Below, one piece after another: positions 55,411 through 64,000 of a DNA stretch of 64,000 nucleotides. Each line of letters opens with the position of its first letter. Position 1 is the stretch's first letter. The stretch is from NCBI GenBank assembly GCA_031362565.1, contig JANLSU010000006.1:33605-97604 (forward strand), given 5' to 3'. The stretch comes from a bacterium (lineage in GTDB: Bacteria > Krumholzibacteriota > Krumholzibacteriia > G020349025). The position numbers and the translations under genes are program-made. Below the pieces are notes generated by a model. That model saw nothing but the letters and a program-made list of their open reading frames with translations. It searched no databases and had not been told where the DNA came from.

Positions 55411-56589
55411 CTGGTCGACGCATTCCGGAATGGCTGGCGCGGCTGGATCGCGACCACGGCCGCACTCGCGGTGCTCGGCGTTGCGAGCGCGTGGGGTGCC
55501 GCAGCTCCCAACGTCGCGCCGGCGCCGGCGCCGCAGACGCTGTTCGGGCGCGAAGCGCCCGAACTACTGCGCGACGTGCACCTCGAAGCCCATACGTCCC
55601 CCGATTCGTTGACCGTCGGTGACCGGTTGATTCTCGAACTGTCGGTGGATGCGCCGCACGGGGTGGACGTCCGTTTTCCCGACACCGTACCCGCAAACGA
55701 CAAGTCGGACCTTCTCGAGCGCAGCATCACGAGCCCAGCGGACGCGGCCCAAAAGGGCGGCGGCAAAGCCGGCGCGAACGACACCGGACGCGCCGCCGAT
55801 GGCCGCGATCATTGGACGGCGCGTTATACGCTCGCGGTGTTCGGGGTCGGCGACGTGGCTTTGGCGCCGTGGCGTGTCACGGTGCGTGCCGATTCCCTCT
55901 ACGCCGTTGCGAGCACCGATTCCATTCGCATCACCGTCGATACCGTGCTCACCGACAGTTTGGCGCAAGCCAAGATCCGTGATCTGAAACCGCAAGAGGG
56001 ATTGCCGCTGTCGCAATGGCCGTGGATCGTGGCGGGCATCGCGGCCGTGGTGCTCGCCGTGGCCCTGGTCTGGTGGCTGCGCCGCCGCCGCCGGCCGCAG
56101 GCGGCAGTCATTCCCCTCGTTCGCCAGCGGCCGGCCGACGAGGTGGCGCTGGAAGCCCTGCGCCGTCTCGAGACGCAGCGCCTGACGCTCGATGGCAAGT
56201 TCAAGGAACACTACGTGGCGCTGTCGGAAATCCTGCGCCGCTACCTGGAAGACGGATTCGGTGTCGCGGCCCTCGAGGAAACCACCGCCGAAATGTGCTA
56301 CGACCTAGGCCGCCATGGCTTCGACCGGGCGCACGTGCAGCAGATCCGCGACTTGAGCGATGAGGCGGATCTGGTCAAGTTCGCCAAGTTCGAGCCGTCG
56401 ATCGAAGATGCGGTGCGGGCCATCGACCGCGGACGCGATGTCGTGAAAGCGACGTGCATGCGGATGACGGTGGGCGCTGCGGTAGTGCAGGCCGCTGCCG
56501 CCGGCAGTGGGGTTGCCGTTGGCGGGCCCGTCGTGGCTCTGCCGGCGCCGCCGGGCGACGGCGCGATGGCACAAGGCGGTGGCGCGTGA
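55411..56589 (+). CDS. BatD-related/DUF4381-like single-pass membrane protein, probable CTG start
   Basis: Signal peptide, IRDLKP, TM followed by RRRRR, YLE..FG..ALE.TT.E, ADLVKFAK. Confidence 0.8.
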   Translation: MVDAFRNGWRGWIATTAALAVLGVASAWGAAAPNVAPAPAPQTLFGREAPELLRDVHLEAHTSPDSLTVGDRLILELSVDAPHGVDVRFPDTVPANDKSDLLERSITSPADAAQKGGGKAGANDTGRAADGRDHWTARYTLAVFGVGDVALAPWRVTVRADSLYAVASTDSIRITVDTVLTDSLAQAKIRDLKPQEGLPLSQWPWIVAGIAAVVLAVALVWWLRRRRRPQAAVIPLVRQRPADEVALEALRRLETQRLTLDGKFKEHYVALSEILRRYLEDGFGVAALEETTAEMCYDLGRHGFDRAHVQQIRDLSDEADLVKFAKFEPSIEDAVRAIDRGRDVVKATCMRMTVGAAVVQAAAAGSGVAVGGPVVALPAPPGDGAMAQGGGA

Positions 56590-57602
56590 CCCGTTTCGCG
56601 AACCCATGGATCTTGCTCGCGTTGTTGGTGCTGCCGCTTTGCGCCTTCGTGTACCGGCGTTTTGTGGCACCGCGGCGGCCGCGCGTCCTGTTCTCGAATC
56701 TGCGCCTGTTCGAAGACGTCCAGCCGAGCCTGCGCCAACGGCTGCGTGCCGTGCCGCTGGTGCTGCGGTTCGCGTGTTTGGCGCTGCTCGTCTTCGCGAT
56801 GGCGCGGCCGCAGGCCGGCGCCAGCAGCACCAACGTCGAGACCGAAGGCATCGACGTCATCCTGACGCTCGATATCTCTGGCAGCATGATGGCGGTGGAC
56901 ATGACACCCGATGCGCGGGGCACCGCGGTGCGCGATGTGTCGCGGCTCGAGGTCAGCAAGACCGCGGCGCGCGAGTTCATCCAGGGCCGCAAGACCGATC
57001 GCATTGGGCTCGTCATCTTCGCGGGCCAGGCGCTGACCCAATGCCCCCCGACCCTCGACTACAACGTCCTGCTCAATTTCTTGGATCAAGTGCACACGGG
57101 GATGATCGAAGACAACACGGCGATCGGCACCGCGATTGCGACCGGCGTCAATCGCTTGCGCGAGAGTGATGCGAAGAGCCGGGTCATGGTGCTGCTCACC
57201 GATGGCGCCAACAACGCCGGCACCGTCGATCCGCTGACCGCCGCCAAGGTGGCCAAAGCCGTCGGCGTCAAGATCTACACGATCGGCGCCGGTCGCGAAG
57301 AGAATGCGCGCTTCCCGGTCGACACCTTCTTCGGGCGGCAGTACGTGCGCCAGTACAGCCCCATCGACGAAAAAACGTTGCGCGAAATTGCGCACATCAC
57401 CGGCGGGTTGTATTTCCGCGCCACGAGCCCCGAGAAACTGTCGGCGATCTATAAACAAATCGGCGACCTCGAACGCACCAAGGTCGAAACGAAGGAATAC
57501 GTGGAGTATTCGGAACTCGCGAGCCGGTTTGTACTGCCGGCGTTTGCACTCTTGGTGCTCGAAGGCTTGTTGGCGCAAACGGTGTTCCGGAGGCTGGCGT
57601 GA
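56586..57602 (+). CDS. batA: BatA-like VWA protein
   Basis: RFANPW N-terminus, MARPQ, DISGSM, DRIGLVIFAG, TAIG, LLTDG.NN.G. Confidence 0.92.
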   Translation: MTRFANPWILLALLVLPLCAFVYRRFVAPRRPRVLFSNLRLFEDVQPSLRQRLRAVPLVLRFACLALLVFAMARPQAGASSTNVETEGIDVILTLDISGSMMAVDMTPDARGTAVRDVSRLEVSKTAAREFIQGRKTDRIGLVIFAGQALTQCPPTLDYNVLLNFLDQVHTGMIEDNTAIGTAIATGVNRLRESDAKSRVMVLLTDGANNAGTVDPLTAAKVAKAVGVKIYTIGAGREENARFPVDTFFGRQYVRQYSPIDEKTLREIAHITGGLYFRATSPEKLSAIYKQIGDLERTKVETKEYVEYSELASRFVLPAFALLVLEGLLAQTVFRRLA

Positions 57603-58651
57603 ATCCGGAGACGGCGGCAGCAGCGGCGGTGGCCCAGCAGGCAGTGCGATTTGGGCATCCGGGATTCCTGTGGTTGTTGCTCGGCGTGCCGCTGGCGGTG
57701 GCCTTGGTGGTGCTCGGCTGGCGGGGCCGCGGCCGCGCCCGGTCGGCGTGGGCCGGCGGGTTGTTCGAGCGCCTGACGCCGGAACTCGACCGCGGCCGCG
57801 AGCGCTTGCGCTTGGCGCTGTACTTGGCCGGTTACGCGTGTGTGGTTCTGGCGCTCTCGCGCCCGCAGTGGGGCGGCGAGATGGTGATGATGAAGCGCAG
57901 AGGCATCGACGTCATGATCGCACTCGATACCTCGAACAGCATGATGGCCGAAGACATGCGGCCGAACCGCCTGGCGTCGGCCAAGCGCGCCATCGCCGAC
58001 CTCGTGCGGCGCATGGGGGGCGACCGCGTTGGACTGATTGCGTTCGCCGGCGAGGCCTACACCATCTGTCCGTTGACGCTCGACCACGGCACGGTGTTGC
58101 TACTGCTCGATTCCATGAATCCCAACTCGGTGTCGATCCAGGGGACGGATCTGGAGGATGCCATTCGCAAGGCGCGCGCCGCGTTCGTGCGCGAGGAGCA
58201 CAAGCACAAGGCGTTGATTCTGGTGACGGACGGCGAGTCGACAACCGGTGACGCCGTGCACCAAGCCAAGGAAGCCGCCGAGGAAGGCGTGCTGGTGTAT
58301 GCGATCGGCATCGGTTCGCCGGAAGGCCAGCCGATTCCGGAACGCGACGACGGCGGCAACGTTACAGGGTACAAACGAGACCGCGCCGGCCAAGTGGTGA
58401 ATTCGCGGCTCGACGAATCGACCCTGCGCAAAGTCGCCGCGGAAACGCATGGCAACTATTTCCGCGCCTCGCCGCAGGGCGTCGAACTGACCGCCGTGTT
58501 CAACGAGCTGCAGGCGCTCGAGAAGAAGGATCTGGAGGGACAGCTCGCCACCAACTTCGAGGAGCGCTACCAATGGCCGCTCGGGTTGGCGGCCCTGTTC
58601 CTGGCAGCGGAGATCGTGGTGCCGTACAGGCGGCGCCGGGAGGCAACATGA
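57599..58651 (+). CDS. batB: BatB-like VWA protein
   Basis: LSRPQWG, DTSNSM.AED..PNRL, TDGE, G.PIP, SRLDE. Confidence 0.92.
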   Translation: MNPETAAAAAVAQQAVRFGHPGFLWLLLGVPLAVALVVLGWRGRGRARSAWAGGLFERLTPELDRGRERLRLALYLAGYACVVLALSRPQWGGEMVMMKRRGIDVMIALDTSNSMMAEDMRPNRLASAKRAIADLVRRMGGDRVGLIAFAGEAYTICPLTLDHGTVLLLLDSMNPNSVSIQGTDLEDAIRKARAAFVREEHKHKALILVTDGESTTGDAVHQAKEAAEEGVLVYAIGIGSPEGQPIPERDDGGNVTGYKRDRAGQVVNSRLDESTLRKVAAETHGNYFRASPQGVELTAVFNELQALEKKDLEGQLATNFEERYQWPLGLAALFLAAEIVVPYRRRREAT

Positions 58652-59469
58652 ACAGGCTCCGGACCGGTCTCTGGCTTGGCGTCGCCGCGGCCCTCGCTCT
58701 TACGGGCGGGGTGCCACGCAAAGCGGCGGAACTCAATCGCGACGCCAACAAGGCCTTCGACGTCAAAAAGTACGACGATGCGGCCAAGCTATACGACGAG
58801 GCACAGACCAAGGCACCCGAATCGCCGGCGATCGCCTACAACCTAGGCAACACCCTGTACCGGGAGGGGAAGTTCGGCGATGCGGTCGCGCATCTCAAGC
58901 GGGGCGCGGAAAGCACCGATCCGGCGCTTCGCCAGCGCAGCTTGTACAACCTGGGGAACGCCTTGCACGACCTGGGCGAGTTGCAAATGGCGTCGCGCGC
59001 CTATCGTGACGCGCTGAAGCTGAACCCCGCGGATCTCGACGCCAAGGTCAATTTCGAGAAAACGCTGCAGGAATTGAAGGATCACCCCGAACAACAGAAG
59101 CAGCAGCAGAACAAGAGCGGTGATTCGAAGCAGGATCAGAAAAACCAGCAGGGCCAGAAGAATCAGCAAGGCCAGGATGAGCAAGACAAGCAGAAATCCG
59201 AGCAGGGCGAGCAGGACAAGGACCAGCAGGCCCAGAATGAGAAGGGCCGGGAAGAGAAGGACAAGCAGGGCGAGAAGCAGGAACAGCAGCCTGGCGACCC
59301 CAAGGATGATGCGCAACTGGCCGCCATGGACAGCGTGCCGGTCGAGGGGCTCAGCAAGGAAGAAGCGATTCGCATTCTCGAAGCGATGCGGGAGCAGGAA
59401 AAGGAACTGCAGAAGCAGAAGGCTCGCCAGGTGAAGGTCAAGTCGCGCCGGGTCGATAAGGATTGGTAA
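58648..59469 (+). CDS. batC: BatC-like TPR protein with Q/K/D/E-rich linker
   Basis: YNLGN TPR repeats, low-complexity QQ/K tail and terminal KDW. Confidence 0.9.
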   Translation: MNRLRTGLWLGVAAALALTGGVPRKAAELNRDANKAFDVKKYDDAAKLYDEAQTKAPESPAIAYNLGNTLYREGKFGDAVAHLKRGAESTDPALRQRSLYNLGNALHDLGELQMASRAYRDALKLNPADLDAKVNFEKTLQELKDHPEQQKQQQNKSGDSKQDQKNQQGQKNQQGQDEQDKQKSEQGEQDKDQQAQNEKGREEKDKQGEKQEQQPGDPKDDAQLAAMDSVPVEGLSKEEAIRILEAMREQEKELQKQKARQVKVKSRRVDKDW

Positions 59470-59471
59470 GT

Positions 59472-62090
59472 ATGAACCGAGTCTTTGTGCCCTTGGTTTC
59501 GCTCCTCGTACTGTTGGCGATGACGCTTGCGCCGCAGAGTGCGCGCGCCGACGAAATTCGGCTGCGCGCCGAGGTCGACCGCACCCACGCCACACTCGAC
59601 GAGCAGATTCAGCTTCAAGTGATCATAGAGGGCCGGCTGCGGTCGGTCGAAGAGCCCGAGCGCCCGGCGTTCGACGACTTCGATCTGTACGCCAACGGCC
59701 GGTCGCAGAGCATGCAGATCGTCAACGGTGAGGTGAGCGCGTCGAACATCTTTTCGTATGTGCTGGTGCCAAAGCGCGAAGGCAAGTTCGCGATCGGCGC
59801 ATTTACCGTGCATCTCGGCGGCAAGGATCTGAAGACCGAGCCGATCGCGATCACGGTCGGCGGCGGCCCCGGAATCCGTGGCGCCCCGGCGCCGGGTCCC
59901 GGGGAACCCGAAACCCGCGAAGATCGCGACATCTTCGTGCTGAGCCGCGTCGACAAGCAGAACGCCTACGTCAACGAACAGATTCTGTACACGTTTTATT
60001 TGTATCGCGCCGAGCGCGCCGCGCAGATCACCAACCTCAACTACACGCAGCCGAGCTTCCAAGGCTTTTGGGTGGAGAAGCTCAAAGATGGCGAAAAGCA
60101 GTCCTACAAAATGCTGAACGGCCGCCGCTACATCGTGCAGGAAGTGCCCATCGCGCTGTTCCCGACAACCTCGGGCAAGCTGACCATCGATCCCGCGAGC
60201 CTGCAAGTCGTCATGCTGTCGTCGCCCTTTGGGTTTTCGCTTTTCGACCGCGGCGTCGAAAAGGTGCTGCGCACGAAGCCGGTCGAGGTGAACGTCTCGA
60301 TGCTGCCGGTCGCCGGCAAGCCGGCCATCTTCGAGGGCGCGGTGGGCGAGGGACTCGAGCTTTCGGCCAAATTGGACCGCACCGAGGTGGCGGAAGGCGA
60401 TCCGGTGACGGTCAGCGCGCGGGTCGAGGGCGTCGGTAACGTCAAGACGTTTTCGAAGCCGCGGCTTGGTGAGTTACCGCAGTTCAAAGTGTACGACGCC
60501 GACTCCAAGACCGACGTGCAGTCTGTCGACCGGGTGGCAGGCAGCCGGTCGTGGGAAATCGTTCTCGTACCGAAGGACGAGGGCGAACACGACCTGGGAC
60601 CCATGCGCCTCGCCTACTTCGACACGCGCGAAGCGCGATATCGGGTTTTGGAAACGAAGCCCTTGCACGTGAGCGTCGTCAAGGGAACCGGCAGCGGCTC
60701 GACACTGGCGGGCGGCGCGCCGCTGCCGTCGCAGCAGGACATTCAGATTCTTGGCTCCGACATCGAGCACATTCGCACCGACGTCGCACTGTCCGATGAT
60801 TGGACGCCGCTCTACCGGCGCGGGTTGTTCGGTGCATTGGCGCCGCTTCCGTTGCTTGCCGCGTGCGGGATGTCGATCGTGCAGCGGCGGCGCAAACGCT
60901 TCGCGTCGGACGTGGCACTGGCGCGTTCCAGCCGGGCCCGCAAACTGGCCGCGAAGAGCCTCGGAGCCGCACGCCGAGCGCTCGACGCAAACCAAGGCGA
61001 AGTGTTCTACGCCGAAGTGCAGCGCGCCCTGCGGCAGTACGTGGGCGACAAGCTGAACGTGTCCGCCACCGGGATGACGCACGCGGAGCTGCGCGAGAAG
61101 CTGCTGCAAGCGGGGCTGACGGAAGAGTCGACGGCCGCCGTCTTGGCGACGCTCGAGCGCTGCGATGCCGCCCGGTTCGCCCCTGGCAGCATGGGCCACG
61201 AGCGGTTGCAGGAAGTTCTCCAAGCGACCGAAGGGCTCTTGGTGGGCCTCGAAAATCAGTGGGGCAAGAAGGGTAAGGCGGCGGCGGGCGCCGCCGGCGG
61301 ATTCGCACTCCTGGTGGGCGGCGTGCTGCTGGCGGCCGCGACGGCCGGTGTCGCCCGGGGGCAAGATCAAACAACAGCGATCACGCCGGTTGATTTCGCA
61401 CCGCCGGAGCAACTCTTGCAGCGTGGCCACCAGGCCTACGAGTCGAGCCGTTTCGCCGACGCGGTCGACGCCTATCGCCAAGCCGAACGGGCCGGAGTGC
61501 GCAACGGCGCTCTGTACTACGATCTCGGCAACGCCTATTTCAAGAGCGGCAATCTGGCGCAGGCAATCGCCAACTACCGGCGGGCCGAGATCTTGTCACC
61601 ACGCGACCCGCACGTGCGCGCCAATCTCGATTTCGTGATCGCGCATCGCGAAGACAAGGCGCTGCAGCCGCGCACCATGGTGCTCGTCGCGTGGATTCAG
61701 TCGCTCTTCAATGTGCTGAGCCCAAACGAGTGGGTCGCCGTGACGACGCTTTTGTACGCCTTGGCCTGTGCCCTGTGGATCACCCGGGCACAGTTCCGAT
61801 TGCGCGCCCGCGTGCTGCGCTGGATCCAACAGTTTGCAATCGGGCTGTCAGTTCTCTCGCTCGCCTTCACGCTCGCCAAGGTGCACGCCGTGCATGGCAT
61901 CCAACGCGGCGTCATCGCCGAATCGCGTGTCGCCGTCATGAGCGGCCCCGGCGCCGACTACACCGCAGAGTTTTCACTGCACGAAGGCGCCGAAGTACGC
62001 GTCGAAGCGCGCCGCACCGACTGGGTCCGCATCGCCGCCACCGACAAACTCCAAGGCTGGATCCCGTCCAAGAGCCTGATTTCGATTTGA
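59472..62090 (+). CDS. batD: BatD fused to BatE (TPR + SH3b) protein
   Basis: BatD Ig domains (S.QIVNG, G.GN.K, YFD...Y), TM, then YYDLGNAYFK TPR and LHEG.EV...W..I...GW.P SH3. Confidence 0.88.
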   Translation: MNRVFVPLVSLLVLLAMTLAPQSARADEIRLRAEVDRTHATLDEQIQLQVIIEGRLRSVEEPERPAFDDFDLYANGRSQSMQIVNGEVSASNIFSYVLVPKREGKFAIGAFTVHLGGKDLKTEPIAITVGGGPGIRGAPAPGPGEPETREDRDIFVLSRVDKQNAYVNEQILYTFYLYRAERAAQITNLNYTQPSFQGFWVEKLKDGEKQSYKMLNGRRYIVQEVPIALFPTTSGKLTIDPASLQVVMLSSPFGFSLFDRGVEKVLRTKPVEVNVSMLPVAGKPAIFEGAVGEGLELSAKLDRTEVAEGDPVTVSARVEGVGNVKTFSKPRLGELPQFKVYDADSKTDVQSVDRVAGSRSWEIVLVPKDEGEHDLGPMRLAYFDTREARYRVLETKPLHVSVVKGTGSGSTLAGGAPLPSQQDIQILGSDIEHIRTDVALSDDWTPLYRRGLFGALAPLPLLAACGMSIVQRRRKRFASDVALARSSRARKLAAKSLGAARRALDANQGEVFYAEVQRALRQYVGDKLNVSATGMTHAELREKLLQAGLTEESTAAVLATLERCDAARFAPGSMGHERLQEVLQATEGLLVGLENQWGKKGKAAAGAAGGFALLVGGVLLAAATAGVARGQDQTTAITPVDFAPPEQLLQRGHQAYESSRFADAVDAYRQAERAGVRNGALYYDLGNAYFKSGNLAQAIANYRRAEILSPRDPHVRANLDFVIAHREDKALQPRTMVLVAWIQSLFNVLSPNEWVAVTTLLYALACALWITRAQFRLRARVLRWIQQFAIGLSVLSLAFTLAKVHAVHGIQRGVIAESRVAVMSGPGADYTAEFSLHEGAEVRVEARRTDWVRIAATDKLQGWIPSKSLISI

Positions 62091-62539
62091 GGACGATGCA
62101 AGTTCGGAACGTCAGTCTCAGGCGAATCGATCGTGGATTAGGAAAGGCGCGCCGCGACTGAACAAACGGTTTTCGAGGCCTTGGTCGCGGCCGCCGCCGA
62201 CCGCCGCCGACCGCCGCCAAGCTTTGGATCCCCGCCAACACCCTCATCGCGCCGATATCACCCGCCCCACGAACGCTCGAAGCCTTCCACCGCGATCGCG
62301 CACGCGTCTTGCACGCCGGGCCACCGCGTGGCGTATTCGCCTGCCGCCGCGCGGCCCGCATGGCGCCACCCCGCTGTCATCGCGCCGCGCGATGCGCCTC
62401 GTCGCCGTCGCGCCGTTCTCCCCGCGCCTCGGTCGCGCCGTGCGGCATGTAAGCCCCGCCCCGCCACCCGGCAAACGTGAACGGCGTGTACGCCCCGGGG
62501 TTCCCAGAGTCGACATGTCACTGTAGGGGAGGCGTGAAC

Positions 62540-63754
62540 ATGGGATCCTTCGACGGACGCCGGCGCGATTTTGGCCCGACCGGCGGGCGTGGTTTCAGGC
62601 GCCAGTACCGGCCCCGACCGCGTGAGCCAATGTCCGAACCGGGACCCTCGACTCAACCCGCGGAGCCGCCGCCCGCTCCCCGTCTCCTCGATCGCGTCCG
62701 CGCCGAACTCCGGGTCCGCCGCTACAGCCGTCGAACCGAGCGAACCTATGTAAGGTGGATCCATCGCTTCATCGTGGCCAACGGCACACGCCATCCATCC
62801 GAAATGGGCGCCGCCGAGGTGAGCCGGTTTCTGTCCGATCTCGCGAGCCGAGACCGCGTCAGCGCATCAACGCAGAATCAGGCGCTTGCTGCGCTGTTGT
62901 TCTTGTACCGAGTAGTGTGCGGCGTCGAGCTTGCTTGGCTCGACAATCTCGTACGTGCCAAGCGCCCCACTCGTCTGCCCGTCGTGCTGCAGCGAGACGA
63001 GGTCGGATCGATCTTGATGGAGCTGCACGGTATCCCGCGACTCGTAGCTGCGTTGCTTTACGGAACCGGCATGCGAGTGCTCGAATGCGCCCAGTTGCGC
63101 ATCAAAGACCTCGATTTCCAGCGCAGTCAAATCATGGTGCGAAGCGGAAAGGGAGCGACCGATCGCGCGACAATGCTGCCGCTATTGCTTCGCCCCATGC
63201 TCGAGGAGCACCTGTGGCGCGTACGCCAAAAATGGGATGAGGATGTAAAAGCAGGCGGAGGCTGGGTGGAGACGCCCGAAGCATTAGCGCGAAAATATCC
63301 GAACGCCGGACACGAATGGGGCTGGCAGTGGGTCTTCCCCGCGACGCGAGGCTACATTGACCGCGACACGAACCAAAGGCGCCGACACCATCTGCACGAA
63401 TCCGTCATCCAGCGCGCCATGCACGATGCTGCATTCCGAGCCGGCATCCCAAAACACGTGACGTGTCACACGCTTCGGCATTCCTTCGCGACCCACCTCC
63501 TCGAAGACGGCTACGACATCCGGACGATTCAGCTCCTCCTGGGTCATCGCGACGTCTCGACGACGATGATCTACACCCACGTCCTAAGCCGTGGCCCCGC
63601 CGGCGTCCGCAGTCCCATGGATCGCCTCGGCGCCCCCCAACTCGCCCCACGCCCACCCCTCCCATTTCCAGGTTTCCCACCCGCGCTACCAAGCACCCCC
63701 CCGCAAGATAACAATCCCCCCCGCCGCCCCCCGCGCCCCCCCCACCCTCCATAA
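62540..63754 (+). CDS. intI: Integron integrase (tyrosine recombinase); start could be 62534, 62540 or 62630
   Basis: YS.RTE.TY..W, STQNQA, LYGTGMR, RSGKG, integron-specific insert [52 protein letters not shown]. Confidence 0.96.
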   Translation: MGSFDGRRRDFGPTGGRGFRRQYRPRPREPMSEPGPSTQPAEPPPAPRLLDRVRAELRVRRYSRRTERTYVRWIHRFIVANGTRHPSEMGAAEVSRFLSDLASRDRVSASTQNQALAALLFLYRVVCGVELAWLDNLVRAKRPTRLPVVLQRDEVGSILMELHGIPRLVAALLYGTGMRVLECAQLRIKDLDFQRSQIMVRSGKGATDRATMLPLLLRPMLEEHLWRVRQKWDEDVKAGGGWVETPEALARKYPNAGHEWGWQWVFPATRGYIDRDTNQRRRHHLHESVIQRAMHDAAFRAGIPKHVTCHTLRHSFATHLLEDGYDIRTIQLLLGHRDVSTTMIYTHVLSRGPAGVRSPMDRLGAPQLAPRPPLPFPGFPPALPSTPPQDNNPPRRPPRPPHPP

Positions 63755-63819
63755 CAATCGCCGCTTTAACCCCCAATCCCCAAGGAGTAAGCTCTCTTCA
63801 CATCAACACCCCAAAGCGC

Positions 63820-63952
63820 GCGCAACAGACAAGCGCCGCCGGGGCGAATACCTGTTAGACGAACGCAGAGTCGCGTGCCATAGCGACGACTATCGCCATG
63901 AGCTGTTTTGTTGTTTCCTCGCTGCGGTTCGTAGCGGATTCGACCGTTAGGC
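63820..63952 (+). other. Candidate integron att region with two GTTRRRY cores downstream of intI
   Basis: GTTAGAC at 63854-63860 and GTTAGGC at 63946-63952; no complete canonical attC could be built. Confidence 0.45.
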
Positions 63953-64000
63953 GAATCTGCTGACTCGCCTTCGCTCGTGGCTCGCGCTGTGCAGCGGGCC

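Noticed and set aside
59090..59310. Q/K/D/E-rich quasi-repeats
   Set aside because: Normal low-complexity linker of BatC proteins.
62091..62539. attI/attC array or LexA box upstream of intI
   Set aside because: No convincing GTTRRRY/RYYYAAC pairs or known SOS-box pattern; only GC-rich low complexity.
1..64000. CRISPR array, cas genes, rRNA, reverse transcriptase/DGR
   Set aside because: No regularly spaced repeat-spacer pattern, and no rRNA-like, Cas or RT motifs seen in any frame.

Overview
High-GC bacterial chromosome segment. Several secreted proteins carry C-terminal FlgD-Ig/T9SS-like sorting domains and one has a 'W..VK.IYR' tail, which suggests an FCB-superphylum candidate lineage such as Latescibacterota, Krumholzibacteriota or Eisenbacteria (inference). 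From left to right: (1) a probable accessory region beyond the 3' end of tRNA-Leu(TAA), holding an erythromycin esterase, a broken YhcG/DUF1016 gene with in-frame palindromes and a TolB-like lipoprotein; (2) a closely spaced three-gene operon encoding an outer-membrane beta-barrel, a periplasmic TPR/Ig-TM-STAND ATPase and a STAND ATPase-Ser/Thr kinase, the best candidate here for an undescribed trans-envelope signalling or surveillance system; (3) an ABC-2 exporter with an orphan LytTR regulator; (4) a HipBST-type toxin-antitoxin module with four palindromic operators; (5) a 1.6 kb insert bracketed by a 68-bp duplication of a gene's 3' end; (6) copA, tandem rlpA, a toxin-antitoxin remnant, and an ECF sigma/anti-sigma/Spy cluster; (7) large secreted hydrolases (metallophosphoesterase, gingipain-like C25, two choice-of-anchor B paralogs); (8) a MoxR-VWA (Bat) operon; and (9) an integron integrase with att-like cores downstream, suggesting an inverted integron whose array would continue beyond the window. 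No CRISPR array or rRNA was seen. All family assignments are by motif recognition only; no searches were run.
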